36,016 bases of DNA from an uncultured Methanosarcinales archaeon (GTDB lineage: Archaea > Nanobdellota > Nanobdellia > Woesearchaeales > DSVV01), in NCBI GenBank assembly GCA_964491305.1, contig CAZBGG010000001.1:1-36016 (forward strand), given 5' to 3'. Made by a program: the position numbers and the translations under genes. Position 1 is the first letter of the stretch. The number at the start of each line of letters is the position of its first letter. The notes under the pieces are model-generated. The model saw only the letters and a program-made list of their open reading frames with translations. It had not been told where the DNA came from and ran no database searches. Shown here one piece after another: positions 1 through 9,838 of this stretch.

Positions 1-930
1 CCTTGAGACCTTGCTTCTTTGTTCCCTGTAACCTGTTTCAGAAATCCTAAGGCCTTCTATATCAATACTTTCCTGCTTTAATCTTTTGAGATCTTTTTTG
101 CTTTTTTCTATAATATTGCGCAAACCAAGAATTTTTTTAATCTTTTCTCTCAACAAAGTATCCTCTAGCAAAACAACCCCTTCCAATCTTCCCTTAAAAT
201 CCTCAATCTCTCTTGTTAATTCTGAACCTTCATTGTTATCGTCTTCAACATGGTCCTTCTTACCTTCATCGCTAGTTTCCATAGGTTCATACTCATAAAC
301 TTCCTTTTCTTCTTCAGCAAAACCTTGTACAGTTATCTCGTAAGAAGATGAATAACCAAGACCATATTCATTCCTGCACATCACTTGGATTAAATAAACA
401 CCGTTAGGGAGCTCGGCACTTAGATCATTACTGCCACCACTAAGGTTATTTTCTTTGTCTTCGATTGAAAACCCAAGCATCCCTTCCTTCCCGGAAAGAA
501 GGCTACATGAGTCTATAGTACCTCTTGATACTACATAGAAGTCCACATCCAGGCTTTCGTTATTAAGAACTGTGCCATTCTCTAGATTCTGGACTTCAAT
601 TGAAGGTATCAAACCATCCGAATCAGGACCACGCCCTTCTTCTTTCTCCATGGAGAAGCTTATCTCTTTATCAGTATCTATTTCAATATTCTGCCTATAT
701 CTTTTGAAACCATTTCTCTCTGCAGTGAGAGAATATCTATCATCAGAAACTCCAGTAAAAATGGATACGCCTTCTTTGTTAGTTTTTGCCCTATTATCGT
801 CTAACTCAATCAGGACATCACCAAGAGGCTTACCCGAAGAGTCATCGTTAACCTCAACAATAACCTCATTTCCAAGGATAGGGGTAACCATAAGCAATGC
901 AAACAATATTACAAATTTTAGCGTGTTCAT
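1..930 (-). CDS. Secreted/surface protein with signal peptide and carboxypeptidase-regulatory-like beta-sandwich domain; its 3' end runs off the window (partial)
   Basis: Absent from the ORF track because it is open at the window edge. The reverse-strand ATG at 930..928 gives MNTLKFVILFALLMVTPILG (signal-like). This is followed by NEVIVEVNDDSSGKPLGDVLIELDDNRAKTNKEGVSIFTGVSDDRYSLTAERNGFKRY, a CarboxypepD_reg-type pattern. I checked every in-frame triplet from 930 down to 1 and found no stop codon. The tail is acidic and coiled-coil-like. Confidence 0.6.
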   Translation of the reverse strand, partial: MNTLKFVILFALLMVTPILGNEVIVEVNDDSSGKPLGDVLIELDDNRAKTNKEGVSIFTGVSDDRYSLTAERNGFKRYRQNIEIDTDKEISFSMEKEEGRGPDSDGLIPSIEVQNLENGTVLNNESLDVDFYVVSRGTIDSCSLLSGKEGMLGFSIEDKENNLSGGSNDLSAELPNGVYLIQVMCRNEYGLGYSSSYEITVQGFAEEEKEVYEYEPMETSDEGKKDHVEDDNNEGSELTREIEDFKGRLEGVVLLEDTLLREKIKKILGLRNIIEKSKKDLKRLKQESIDIEGLRISETGYREQRSKVSR

Positions 931-946
931 TTTTTTTAACTGCATT

Positions 947-1540
947 TTAATATTTCAAAGGCGAATACTTTATTTTAAGCTCCTCTTTGGCTGAAGCCAC
1001 CAACTCAAAAAACCTTTCATAGCCGTAGACAACTATATGATTATGAAAAAGATGGGGTGTGTCAATAAGCATGTCAACAAACTCTGATTTGTGAAGGGCC
1101 TGTGCATGGGGATGGTCCTCGATTATCTTTCTTCTTTCCCTTAAGCCATTAACAATAAAAATAATCCCATCTTGATAGCTTACCACAGAATGTACGGTTA
1201 AGTCCAAGCTGTTTTGAATAACGTATTTTCTTAAAAATTCAAAATCCTCTTTTTTTTTGTTAATTTGGCAAAGAGCTAATAACAACATGGTCTTCTCATT
1301 TTCCAGATTAAGTGAACAAAGGTATGATCTTCCAACAACTATTTTATTTAAAATCCTCCGCTCAATCAGTTGATTAACTTTTTTGTTAATATAAGGATAC
1401 TTTTTATTCAGTCTTTTAGAAATTTCGTTAATGCTCAACAAATCAACAAGGTTAGCCGAGTAAAGATCAACTATTTCCTGTTCTAAGTCATTTTCAAGCA
1501 TCAATACACCCTGGCAAATTTTATATTTAACTAAAAACAT
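947..1540 (-). CDS. Hypothetical protein with N-terminal winged-helix (HTH) like segment; the start may be the internal Met at 1501
   Basis: 197-aa ORF. The segment LSINEISKRLNKKYPYINKKVNQLIERRILNKIVVGRSYLCSL looks like a wHTH recognition helix plus wing. I could not assign a family to the C-terminal half. Confidence 0.45.
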   Translation of the reverse strand: MFLVKYKICQGVLMLENDLEQEIVDLYSANLVDLLSINEISKRLNKKYPYINKKVNQLIERRILNKIVVGRSYLCSLNLENEKTMLLLALCQINKKKEDFEFLRKYVIQNSLDLTVHSVVSYQDGIIFIVNGLRERRKIIEDHPHAQALHKSEFVDMLIDTPHLFHNHIVVYGYERFFELVASAKEELKIKYSPLKY

Positions 1541-1824
1541 TAGATATTATATCCTATTAAGATATTATTTAATATAAAAATGTTTCTTTTTTAAAATTTA
1601 ATAGTTTAAGAAAATATAATTAATTAACTATTTAGATTTATTTTTATATCTTTTTAGATATAACGAAAATTTTGAGTTTATTAGTTGCAAGCCAATCACA
1701 CCTAAAAAGAGCCAGGATATTGTCCGGAGCGTATCTTTTCAAGTTCTAAAAAAACAAGGTTTTTTTATTAGCCCAACTTCAAAACTTATTATTTTTGTAG
1801 GATAAAAACAGCATAAACCCATAG

Positions 1825-2400
1825 CTACTCCCAGACATAAATCTTCTCGTCAGGCCAAGAGTCCTTAATTTTTCCTTCAGATATATTAAAGTCCTTAATG
1901 TAATTATGCAGTTTAGCAATATTGCTGTGCAAATAAATAACCCTTGTCTCATATATACAGTCGTGACCCAGCATATTTTGCAATTTAGGCACAATATCAG
2001 AATTGAAGACTTCCAATAGATCACTTTGTACCCTGCTTTCAATCATTATAACATAAGCAAGCCTTCCTTCATATTCCCCCACATAGGCGTTACTTATATG
2101 TTTTATCTCATGATAAGAAAAACCTGTATTTAGAAGACTTTCATAAAATATTTTCCTGGTAAGCCCCTGCCGAAAAGTAACAATAAACTGGGCCCTTGAA
2201 TTAAATTTTCCCGTTCCTTCTGCACCATTCTCTATATGAACGAGGTAGTGCAGGACGTTGTTTTTTTCAAGCCTCTTTCTCTTCCTGTTAACGGTTTTTA
2301 CAGGAATGCTGGTATTTCTTGAGACCTTGTTATCACTAAGCCTTGGGTTCTTTATGAGCTCTCTGCATATCGCCTTGTCATAATCATCTAATTTGTCCAT
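1825..2400 (-). CDS. Lrp/AsnC-like transcriptional regulator (HTH plus C-terminal alpha/beta domain)
   Basis: The N-terminus DDYDKAICRELIKNPRLSDNKVSRNTSIPVKTVNRKRKRLEKNNVL is a typical Lrp/AsnC HTH. An SD-like AGGGGA lies upstream of the ATG. Confidence 0.6.
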   Translation of the reverse strand: MDKLDDYDKAICRELIKNPRLSDNKVSRNTSIPVKTVNRKRKRLEKNNVLHYLVHIENGAEGTGKFNSRAQFIVTFRQGLTRKIFYESLLNTGFSYHEIKHISNAYVGEYEGRLAYVIMIESRVQSDLLEVFNSDIVPKLQNMLGHDCIYETRVIYLHSNIAKLHNYIKDFNISEGKIKDSWPDEKIYVWE

Positions 2401-2428
2401 TTTAATCCCCTAAATAATCCCCCAAATA

Positions 2429-2656
2429 TCATCTTCTAAGGCTCCGGTAAGCAGCCAGAGTCTTCTCATAACAACAATTATAAAAGTCGCCAGGCTCACT
2501 AAACGCCCTATGATAAGCTTTTCCAAAATCTGACTCGTGAACCCTCTTAAAGATTTCTCCAAAACATCTTGGTTTCATATCAACCATCCTAAAGATATCC
2601 GTAACAATGCTCTGCGAATCAACAATCTCTCTATACATCTTATTTCCATTACCCAT
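2429..2656 (-). CDS. Small hypothetical protein (75 aa)
   Basis: Supported only by an ORF with normal composition, packed between neighbouring minus-strand genes. No recognisable motif. Confidence 0.35.
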   Translation of the reverse strand: MGNGNKMYREIVDSQSIVTDIFRMVDMKPRCFGEIFKRVHESDFGKAYHRAFSEPGDFYNCCYEKTLAAYRSLRR

Positions 2657-2844
2657 TTAAGACCCCCATTAGTTATACTTAAAAACAAATTGTAGCGAGA
2701 GGGAGTAAATAAATGATATAAAAAAGTTTCATTTTTCGTTTTTGTGACGCACTTGTGACAAAACACAAGGGTTAACACAAAATTTAAATAAGAGCGAGCA
2801 ACTATTTTTATAAAATTAGATGAGAGCATATGAGGCAATTGTGA

Positions 2845-4098
2845 ATGAAAGTATTAATGTTGGGATGGGAATTCCCTCCTTTCAATGCAGGAGGGCTTGG
2901 TACGGCTTGTTATGGCTTGACCAAAGCCATGAGAGAGAAAGATGTGGATATCACTTTTGTCCTGCCAAGAATGAAAGGAGAAAATGATCCAAATTCCACC
3001 CACGTAAAGCTTATAACTGCCAATAACGTTTTCTTAAAAAACAAGTCATTCAAAATCAAGGCAATAAATTCACTTCTAGGAGAATACGTGAACTCTCAAA
3101 CATATGAAGAGAGGCTCGGGAAATTTAAGTATCTTCAGATGGAAAATAGAAGTGACTCAGAGGAGAATCCTTATGGAGAAAATCTTTACGAGGAGGTCCA
3201 TAGGTACGCGAAAAAGGTAAAAATAATCGCAGGTATAGAAGACTATGACATACTGCACGCTCATGATTGGATGACTTACCCTGCCGCCATTGAAGCCAAA
3301 AAAGAAACAGGTAAGCCCCTTATTGTCCATATACATGCAACAGAATTTGACAGGACCTGCGGAAACCCTAACCAGAAAGTTTATGATATTGAAAGAAGAG
3401 GGTTCCACGCATCCGACAAAATTCTAGCAGTTAGCAACTTAACCAAGCAAAAAGTGGTGGAGCATTATGGTGTACCACCAGAAAAGGTGGAAGTTGTGCA
3501 TAATGGTGTAGATTTTGGTAATATGAAAGAGAGTGAGATTAAGCCTCGCAATGGAAAGACTGTGCTATATTTAGGTAGATTTACTGTTCAAAAAGGACCT
3601 GAATATTTCCTATATTCCGCAAAAAAGGTAGTTGAATATGACCCTTCAATTACTTTTATCATGGCAGGAGGGGGGGATATGGAAGGCTTTCTTATAGATA
3701 AATCAGCTGAGATGGGGCTTGGAAAAAACCTTTTGTTTTCGGGATTCTTAAGGGGAGATGATATAGACAAAGCATATAAGATGGCCGACCTGTATGTGAT
3801 GCCTTCAGTTTCAGAGCCTTTTGGAATTACGCCTCTTGAGGCAATGAGAAACAATACGCCTTGTATCATATCTAAAAATTCAGGTGTTTCTGAAGTGTTG
3901 AAACATTGTTTTAAAGTTGACTTCTGGGACACCGACATGATGAGCAATATGATAATTGCATCACTCAATTACAAAACACTGCACAATACCATGAGAGAGA
4001 ATGGTTCAAAAGAAGTTTACCAACATAAGTGGGATTCTGCTGCAGTTAAGTGCATAAAAGCCTATAGGGATGTATTGAGTGAAACTTATAACAGTTAA
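2845..4098 (+). CDS. GT-B glycosyltransferase, glycogen/starch-synthase-like
   Basis: The N-terminus MKVLMLGWEFPPFNAGGLGTACYGLTKAM matches the K-x-GGL sugar-nucleotide motif of glycogen synthases. The C-terminal SVSEPFGITPLEAM is the E-x7-E motif of GT-B retaining transferases. It sits directly upstream of a GH57 gene. Confidence 0.8.
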   Translation: MKVLMLGWEFPPFNAGGLGTACYGLTKAMREKDVDITFVLPRMKGENDPNSTHVKLITANNVFLKNKSFKIKAINSLLGEYVNSQTYEERLGKFKYLQMENRSDSEENPYGENLYEEVHRYAKKVKIIAGIEDYDILHAHDWMTYPAAIEAKKETGKPLIVHIHATEFDRTCGNPNQKVYDIERRGFHASDKILAVSNLTKQKVVEHYGVPPEKVEVVHNGVDFGNMKESEIKPRNGKTVLYLGRFTVQKGPEYFLYSAKKVVEYDPSITFIMAGGGDMEGFLIDKSAEMGLGKNLLFSGFLRGDDIDKAYKMADLYVMPSVSEPFGITPLEAMRNNTPCIISKNSGVSEVLKHCFKVDFWDTDMMSNMIIASLNYKTLHNTMRENGSKEVYQHKWDSAAVKCIKAYRDVLSETYNS

Positions 4099-4119
4099 CT
4101 AGTAGTTTTAAAAGAGGGG

Positions 4120-5370
4120 GTGGAGTATTTGGTAAGTGTTTGTTTGTATTTTCAGGTTCATCAGCCACATAGATTAAGGAAGTACCATGTTTTTGATATA
4201 AATAATACGCAAGATTATTTTGACATAGAAAAAAACAAAGAGATATGCAGAAGAGTAGCAGAAGATTGTTATTTGCCCGCAAATAAAGTTTTGTTGAAAC
4301 TTATTAAAAGATTTAAAGGGAAGTTTAAAATTGCTTTTTCAATCTCGGGAACTGCCATAGAGCAATTTGAGGAATATGCCCCTAAAGTCTTAAAAAGTTT
4401 TAGAGAACTTGCTGATACAGGTTGTGTTGAGTTCCTTTCTGAAACATACCACCACTCTCTTTCCTATATCTATTCAAAAAAGGAGTTTAAAGAACAATTA
4501 GAACTTCATAAAAAGAAGATAAAAGAGCTTTTTGACCAGGAACCAAAGATATTTAGAAACACCGAGCTTATAATGAATAATGAGATGTCTCATTATATTG
4601 AACATATGGGTTACAAAGGGATTCTTGCCGAAGGTTCCGACCATATACTAGGGTGGAGAAATCCAAATTATGTATACAAAACGGTGAGCAATAAAAAAAC
4701 AGGCGTTCTTTTAAGAAACTACAAGCTTAGCGATGATATTGCTTTTAGGTTCTCGCAAACAAATTGGAAGGAATATCCATTAACAGCTGACAAATATGCA
4801 AAATGGATTAATGGCGCAGGTAATAATGGTGAAATAGTTAACTTGTTCATGGATTATGAAACATTTGGAGAGCACCACTCAAAAGAATCCGGCATTTTGG
4901 AATTTTTGGAAAAATTCCCTGAAGCTGTACTAAATAACAATGATTTATTTTTCACCCCTTGTGAAATAATTGACAAACACCCTATCAAGGGTGAAGTAGA
5001 TATGCATAATTTTCTCTCATGGGCAGATGTCGAAAGGGATGTCTCTGCCTGGACAGGAAATCCCATGCAGATTAATTCTTTAGAAGAATTATATGGCATG
5101 GAAGAAGCTGTAAAAAAAAGCAAAGATAAAGATCTCCTAAAAGACTGGAGATGGCTTACCACCAGCGACCATTTTTACTATATGAGTACCAAGTCCCTTT
5201 CTGACGGCCTGATCCATAATTATTTCAACCCATACACTAGCCCATATGAAGCTTTTGTTGCATACATGAACATACTAAATGACATTGTTTTGCGGGCTAA
5301 TGCCAAGATAGAAAAAATAAAAATAACTGAGAAACCAAGTAAAAGTGTCCTCAAAAAGGGGCGAAAATAG
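4120..5370 (+). CDS. Glycoside hydrolase family 57 (alpha-amylase / alpha-glucan-processing enzyme)
   Basis: VCLYFQVHQPHRLRKY is the characteristic GH57 region-I HQP motif. FLSETYHHSL and FMDYETFGEH are GH57-like conserved regions containing the catalytic Glu context. The start is a GTG preceded by AAGAGGGGG. Confidence 0.8.
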   Translation: MEYLVSVCLYFQVHQPHRLRKYHVFDINNTQDYFDIEKNKEICRRVAEDCYLPANKVLLKLIKRFKGKFKIAFSISGTAIEQFEEYAPKVLKSFRELADTGCVEFLSETYHHSLSYIYSKKEFKEQLELHKKKIKELFDQEPKIFRNTELIMNNEMSHYIEHMGYKGILAEGSDHILGWRNPNYVYKTVSNKKTGVLLRNYKLSDDIAFRFSQTNWKEYPLTADKYAKWINGAGNNGEIVNLFMDYETFGEHHSKESGILEFLEKFPEAVLNNNDLFFTPCEIIDKHPIKGEVDMHNFLSWADVERDVSAWTGNPMQINSLEELYGMEEAVKKSKDKDLLKDWRWLTTSDHFYYMSTKSLSDGLIHNYFNPYTSPYEAFVAYMNILNDIVLRANAKIEKIKITEKPSKSVLKKGRK

Positions 5371-5412
5371 GAAAAATTTTTATATCATTTTGTCCAAAGC
5401 TATTAAAAAGAG

Positions 5413-5739
5413 GTGAGTTTAATGGTCAAATCCGGTAAAACTACTAAAAGTAAGAAAAAAACAAAAAAGATTAATAAGCTTAAAAGAAAGCTTCCCGAAC
5501 ACAGAAGTTTCGTTCTAAATGATGGAAATGTAATAAGCAGCGTCAAAGAGTTGGCGATTGAAATGGACAATATTGATGACAGCGTGTTTTATTATCATGT
5601 GAATGAAAGTAAAAACGATTTTTCAAATTGGCTCAAGGATGTTTTGGACGAGATTGAACTCGCCGAAAGTCTTATGGATACAAAGGAAAAATATGATTTT
5701 CAAATGAAACTTTTGAAGCATATAGTAAAAAACGTATAA
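5413..5739 (+). CDS. Small basic protein carrying an 'HVN-x2-KND-x-S-x-W' module; function unknown
   Basis: A Lys-rich N-terminus is followed by FVLNDGNVISSVKELAIEMDNIDDSVFYYHVNESKNDFSNWLKDVL. The same module recurs at the N-terminus of the next gene. Confidence 0.5.
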   Translation: MSLMVKSGKTTKSKKKTKKINKLKRKLPEHRSFVLNDGNVISSVKELAIEMDNIDDSVFYYHVNESKNDFSNWLKDVLDEIELAESLMDTKEKYDFQMKLLKHIVKNV

Positions 5740-5753
5740 ACCAAAAATCAGTT

Positions 5754-7022
5754 ATGGGGGAAAAAATGCCTGAAGAATCAAAAAAAAGATTATCACCCGT
5801 CAATGAAAGCGAGAAGTTCAAGACAAAAGATGGTGAAGAGATTGAAAGCTTGGAAAGTTTTTACGAGAAACTAAAGAATATGGATGAGGAAACTTTCAGC
5901 CATCATGTCAATGAAGAAAAAAACGATTATAGTGAATGGGTTAAGAATTCTATTGGTGACGAAACCCTTGCTCTTAAGCTGGAAAGAACAAAAGATATAG
6001 AAGAAACCATGAGAATAGTTGAAGAGAGGATAGACGAGTTAAAAAGAAGAGTTCATATGGGTGAGATAATAAAAAAGATTAATTACTTCAACGTCCAGAG
6101 GGCAAAAGAAAAGGAAGGTGCCACAGAGGACCTGAGTAAGTCAAATAACCAAGACCTGGCGTCAGGAGAGTCTGCTGAGATGAATCTTGCCAAAGAGGGC
6201 AGGGAACTTGGGAGTAATCCTGGATTAGAAGAAGGTCAAGATGGCGGAAGTTTTGAAGACGAGCAGAGAAAAGATACCTTCGCAGAAGAGATAGAGGAAG
6301 CAGGAGAAGAACTAAAGCAAGAAGAACTTGAGAAACCCGAAGAATTGGAAGAAAAACCTCAACAAGAGGAAGGAAAGGATGAGCTTCAAAAAGAAACCGG
6401 GGTAGAAAATGAAATAGGAGCAAACGACCAAGATTTCCAGCCTAAAGAGGACTCTTCAGAAGAAACAGGAGATAATCTGTATTCCACAAATAAAGAAGAA
6501 GATAACAAGGGTGACGAAGAACTAAAGCAAGAAGAACTTGAGAAACCCGAAGAATTGGAAGAAAAACCTCAACAAGAGGAAGGAAAGGATGAGCTTCAAA
6601 AAGAAACCGGAGTAGAAAATGAGATAGGAGCAAACGACCAAGATTTCCAGCCTAAAGAGGGCTCTTCAGAAGGAACAGAAGATAATCAGAATGCCACGGA
6701 TAAAGAAGAAGAACAACCTTTCCAGACAAGTGAGTCTGGAGAGAATCCATACGCCCAAGAAAGTGGGATAAGTGAGGATAAGTTCACCGAGGTAAAGGAG
6801 ACAAATCTTCAGCAAGGTTTTGAATCCCAGATGCAAGCAAACAAGCAGGATAATCAAACAGAAGAACCGCAAATTTCCGGAGAAAATACAAGTACTACAA
6901 CAGGGGAAATAGGTAATGATAGGGAAAGAAATGAACCCAGCATACCTCCAAACCCACAAGGCAACACAGAAGAACCAGAGAAAAAAGGGTTTTTTAAGAA
7001 GCTTTTTTCATTCGGCAAATAA
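5754..7022 (+). CDS. Acidic low-complexity protein with the same N-terminal HVN..KND..W module and an internal tandem duplication
   Basis: The N-terminus FKTKDGEEIESLESFYEKLKNMDEETFSHHVNEEKNDYSEWVKNSI is a paralog of 5413..5739. The rest is E/Q/K-rich and contains a duplicated block of about 57 aa. Confidence 0.6.
   Translation: MGEKMPEESKKRLSPVNESEKFKTKDGEEIESLESFYEKLKNMDEETFSHHVNEEKNDYSEWVKNSIGDETLALKLERTKDIEETMRIVEERIDELKRRVHMGEIIKKINYFNVQRAKEKEGATEDLSKSNNQDLASGESAEMNLAKEGRELGSNPGLEEGQDGGSFEDEQRKDTFAEEIEEAGEELKQEELEKPEELEEKPQQEEGKDELQKETGVENEIGANDQDFQPKEDSSEETGDNLYSTNKEEDNKGDEELKQEELEKPEELEEKPQQEEGKDELQKETGVENEIGANDQDFQPKEGSSEGTEDNQNATDKEEEQPFQTSESGENPYAQESGISEDKFTEVKETNLQQGFESQMQANKQDNQTEEPQISGENTSTTTGEIGNDRERNEPSIPPNPQGNTEEPEKKGFFKKLFSFGK
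6306..6687 (+). repeat. Direct duplication: a 172-nt unit at 6306..6477 and 6516..6687 (210-nt, in-frame spacing)
   Basis: Both copies read gaagaactaaagcaagaagaacttgagaaacccgaagaattggaagaaaaacctcaacaagagg...gataatc. By my reading they differ at about five positions. Confidence 0.9.
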
Positions 7023-7059
7023 GAATCAAGCCATTGAATATAAAGACCAAAAAAGTGGA

Positions 7060-8253
7060 CTAATCAGGTCTGTATCTGAATGTGTAAACCTTGTCATTTT
7101 TTCTGGTAAGGCCAGCAGGTAAACCAATCACCTGTCCTTTATAGGCCTTTTTTACAGGAGAATCATTAAGCTGTATCGAATCTACCTTAATTTCCATGCT
7201 CCCGGTAGTAGGGCCTTGTATAAGTATTTCGTCACCCACATTTAGACCAGAAGTTTCTATTTTTATCTCTGCCACTTCAGGCTTCTTATAATAGTTTGTT
7301 ACCTTACCTATATATTCCTTGACTTTTGTGGCCTTACTACCATATGAATCCGACCATTGATTAATAGGTGTGGAAAGATAGAAACCACTTGAAAAATCCC
7401 TGTTATAAACGGTTCTCAGCTCCTCCTTTAGTTTGTGTTTCAGCTTGGGAGTTAATAGACCATTTTTGTGGGCTTCTACCGCCTCCCTGTATACTTTTAC
7501 AGTAGTTTTCACATATTCGGGAGAACGATTCCTACCCTCTATCTTAAAGGAACTTATATTCGACTCAATCAGTTTATCAATTATATCTATCGTACATAAG
7601 TCCTTAGGCGACATCACATAATGGTTATCAAGCTCTAATTCTTCACCTGTTTCAGGATCTTTTACCTTATATTTCCTTCTGCAGGGCTGAATACATTCTC
7701 CCCTGTTGGCAGATTTGCCATACAAATATTGAGACATGAAACATCTGCCTGAAACTGCAACGCACATGGCCCCATGAATAAATGATTCAATCTCCAAACC
7801 GGTTTTCATATTTCTTATTTGTTCAAGGGAGCATTCCCTGGCAAGAATTACTCTCGACACCCCTAGCTTTTCATATTCCTTTATAGCAAGTGAATTTGCT
7901 ACGGATGCCTGGGTAGATATATGAACGGACATGTTGTTTTTCTTCGCAATAGCAAGAACTGCCAAATCCCAGCAGATTATGGCATCAATTTTTGATCGAG
8001 ACGCCTCCCTGATTATCTTTTCAATCTCTTCAACCTCATAATCATAAACAATAGTATTTATAGCAAGATAGGCTTTTATTTTATTATCGTGGCATCTAAT
8101 GGCGATTTCAGGAATGTCATCTATACTGAAGTTTCTAGCTTTAGCCCTCATATTTAGCTTTCCTACTCCAAAATATATCGCGTCAGTCCTTTCGTTTATG
8201 GCAGCCGAAAGCATTTCCCAATTACCCGCCGGAGCAAGAATCTCTGGATTCAT
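7060..8253 (-). CDS. Peptidase U32 family protein
   Basis: The N-terminus MNPEILAPAGNWEMLSAAINERTDAIYFGV, and later E-x-F-x-HGAMC-x-A-x-SGRC (SFIHGAMCVAVSGRCFMS), are hallmark U32 motifs. Confidence 0.85.
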   Translation of the reverse strand: MNPEILAPAGNWEMLSAAINERTDAIYFGVGKLNMRAKARNFSIDDIPEIAIRCHDNKIKAYLAINTIVYDYEVEEIEKIIREASRSKIDAIICWDLAVLAIAKKNNMSVHISTQASVANSLAIKEYEKLGVSRVILARECSLEQIRNMKTGLEIESFIHGAMCVAVSGRCFMSQYLYGKSANRGECIQPCRRKYKVKDPETGEELELDNHYVMSPKDLCTIDIIDKLIESNISSFKIEGRNRSPEYVKTTVKVYREAVEAHKNGLLTPKLKHKLKEELRTVYNRDFSSGFYLSTPINQWSDSYGSKATKVKEYIGKVTNYYKKPEVAEIKIETSGLNVGDEILIQGPTTGSMEIKVDSIQLNDSPVKKAYKGQVIGLPAGLTRKNDKVYTFRYRPD

Positions 8254-8331
8254 GAACTAAGCAAAAAGAGAAAAGGTATTTAAAAATTATGCAATTTTTC
8301 CCAGAAGATTCAAGATTCCAGTTCCATCTAA

Positions 8332-8985
8332 TCAATTATTAATCACTTCCAAAATCCTGTCATAATCATCAATTCCGCTTTTCTTATGAATACCCTCAAG
8401 AAATTCAACGGATTTTTTAGGGGGACACCTCTCTGCTAAATAAATTGCAGTAAGGTTATTGTAAAGTTCATCTAAGAATTCAAAGGCAAAATTAAGTTTA
8501 TGATCGTACTTGTTGAACCCCCCCCTCTCATTTAATATAGTTTCAATACTTAATATGTTTTCTCTATCAGGACTAATATCCACAGATTCAAGAATCCCTT
8601 TTATATCCTTCCTGTTGCATAACTTCCTCGCCCGCTCTATGTCACCGCACATATCATACAACCTTTCTTTTTCCCAGTCTCCGTGATACATCAGGTGAAG
8701 CATATGATTAGGATAGGCTGCCCCATCAAAATATACATCCATATCTCTTTCCATCCAATGAATCAATTCATGTTCAAGGAAGTGTTGCAAACCATCCTCA
8801 ACTGATAATGGCCCGGCAACAGCAATATATCCTCTATCATACCTACACACCGCAGCAACCCCCGGAGGAAGTTTTTTCCCATTTTCAAACAAAGGTATTT
8901 CCCTGATTTGTCCATCGAAAAAATCAGTAACATTTTCAATAGATTGATAAAGCAGTTTCATCAGCAGCCGTTTAACACAGAACAT
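8332..8985 (-). CDS. Putative zinc metallopeptidase (HExxH), otherwise uncharacterised
   Basis: LQHFLEHELIHWMERD contains HELIH (HExxH). The start is possibly the Met at 8961. Confidence 0.5.
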   Translation of the reverse strand: MFCVKRLLMKLLYQSIENVTDFFDGQIREIPLFENGKKLPPGVAAVCRYDRGYIAVAGPLSVEDGLQHFLEHELIHWMERDMDVYFDGAAYPNHMLHLMYHGDWEKERLYDMCGDIERARKLCNRKDIKGILESVDISPDRENILSIETILNERGGFNKYDHKLNFAFEFLDELYNNLTAIYLAERCPPKKSVEFLEGIHKKSGIDDYDRILEVINN

Positions 8986-9108
8986 ATTTAAATTTATCCT
9001 AGGTATTGTCCAAGAAGGTCTATTGATTAAAAGCCAGATTCAATTTTCTTGTTGGATTTTCAGATACCAATCGAAAATTATATAAATTTTCTATTTTATT
9101 GCTTTTTC

Positions 9109-9642
9109 ATGGCAGAGGAAGAACCAACAGTAATACACAATCAGATTTGTCCTATGTGTGAAAAAGAAGAGCTTACCTTGACAGAGCAGGAGAGGGATGT
9201 TTCATACTTTGGAAAAGTTTTTCTTTTCTCAATGAGATGTAATCATTGTGGATATAAAAAATCAGATGTGGAGCCGGCCGAAGAACATGAGCCCGCAAAA
9301 TACACGTTTGAGATTGAATCCGAAGAAGACTTGGGTGTCAGGATGGTGAAATCCGCACAGGCCACTGTAAAATTGCCAAGGATACTCACTATTGAACCGG
9401 GTGTTGCCTCTGTAGGTTATGTAACTAATATCGAAGGATTATTAGTTAGAGCAAAAGATGTTATTGAATCGGTAAGAGACAACTCAGAGGAAAAAGAGGA
9501 AAAGAAAAAGGCAAAAAATCTAATCAAAAAGATTATGAAAGTAATGCAGGGCAAAGACAAGCTAAAAATAACACTTGAAGATCCTACAGGGAATAGCGCA
9601 ATTATTTCGGAAAAAGCAACAAAAAGCAAAATTAAGAAATAA
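9109..9642 (+). CDS. ZPR1-type zinc-finger protein
   Basis: CPMCEKEELTLTEQERDVSYFGKVFLFSMRCNHCGYK is the C-x2-C...C-x2-C ZPR1 zinc ribbon with the following beta domain. I chose the ATG at 9109 (MAEEEPTV) rather than the track's TTG at 9049, whose extension is hydrophobic junk. Confidence 0.75.
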   Translation: MAEEEPTVIHNQICPMCEKEELTLTEQERDVSYFGKVFLFSMRCNHCGYKKSDVEPAEEHEPAKYTFEIESEEDLGVRMVKSAQATVKLPRILTIEPGVASVGYVTNIEGLLVRAKDVIESVRDNSEEKEEKKKAKNLIKKIMKVMQGKDKLKITLEDPTGNSAIISEKATKSKIKK

Positions 9643-9659
9643 GCTGATTAAATTAACTT

Positions 9660-9836
9660 CTAGTTTTTTTCCATGTAATTGCACTTGCCACAAGTCTTCC
9701 TATCTTTGTGGTTGGCCATTAAAACACCAGGACCACACTTAGGACAGGACTTATTTTTTCTCTCAAGTTTATCCGAACCAGAATAATTGTTGCTAACTTT
9801 GCTGGTTCTTTTAGGATTTCTTTTTTTCTTAGCCAT
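9660..9836 (-). CDS. rps27ae: 30S ribosomal protein S27ae (eS31)
   Basis: Not in the ORF track (58 aa). The hand translation is MAKKKRNPKRTSKVSNNYSGSDKLERKNKSCPKCGPGVLMANHKDRKTCGKCNYMEKN, which contains the C-P-x-C-G...C-G-K-C zinc ribbon typical of eS31. It starts 2 nt after the S24e stop, the conserved S24e-S27ae pairing. Confidence 0.85.
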   Translation of the reverse strand: MAKKKRNPKRTSKVSNNYSGSDKLERKNKSCPKCGPGVLMANHKDRKTCGKCNYMEKN

Positions 9837-9838
9837 TT

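Noticed and set aside
86-994. Plus-strand ORFs 86..298 and 572..994
   Set aside because: Their composition is Ser/Leu/Phe-rich and low in complexity. They lie antisense to a continuous 310-codon minus-strand frame that has a signal peptide and a recognisable domain, so they are shadow ORFs.
6088-6959. Minus-strand ORFs 6088..6423, 6442..6633 and 6666..6959
   Set aside because: They are antisense shadows of the GA-rich acidic repeat gene. They are Leu/Phe-rich, and two of them merely mirror the 210-nt duplication.
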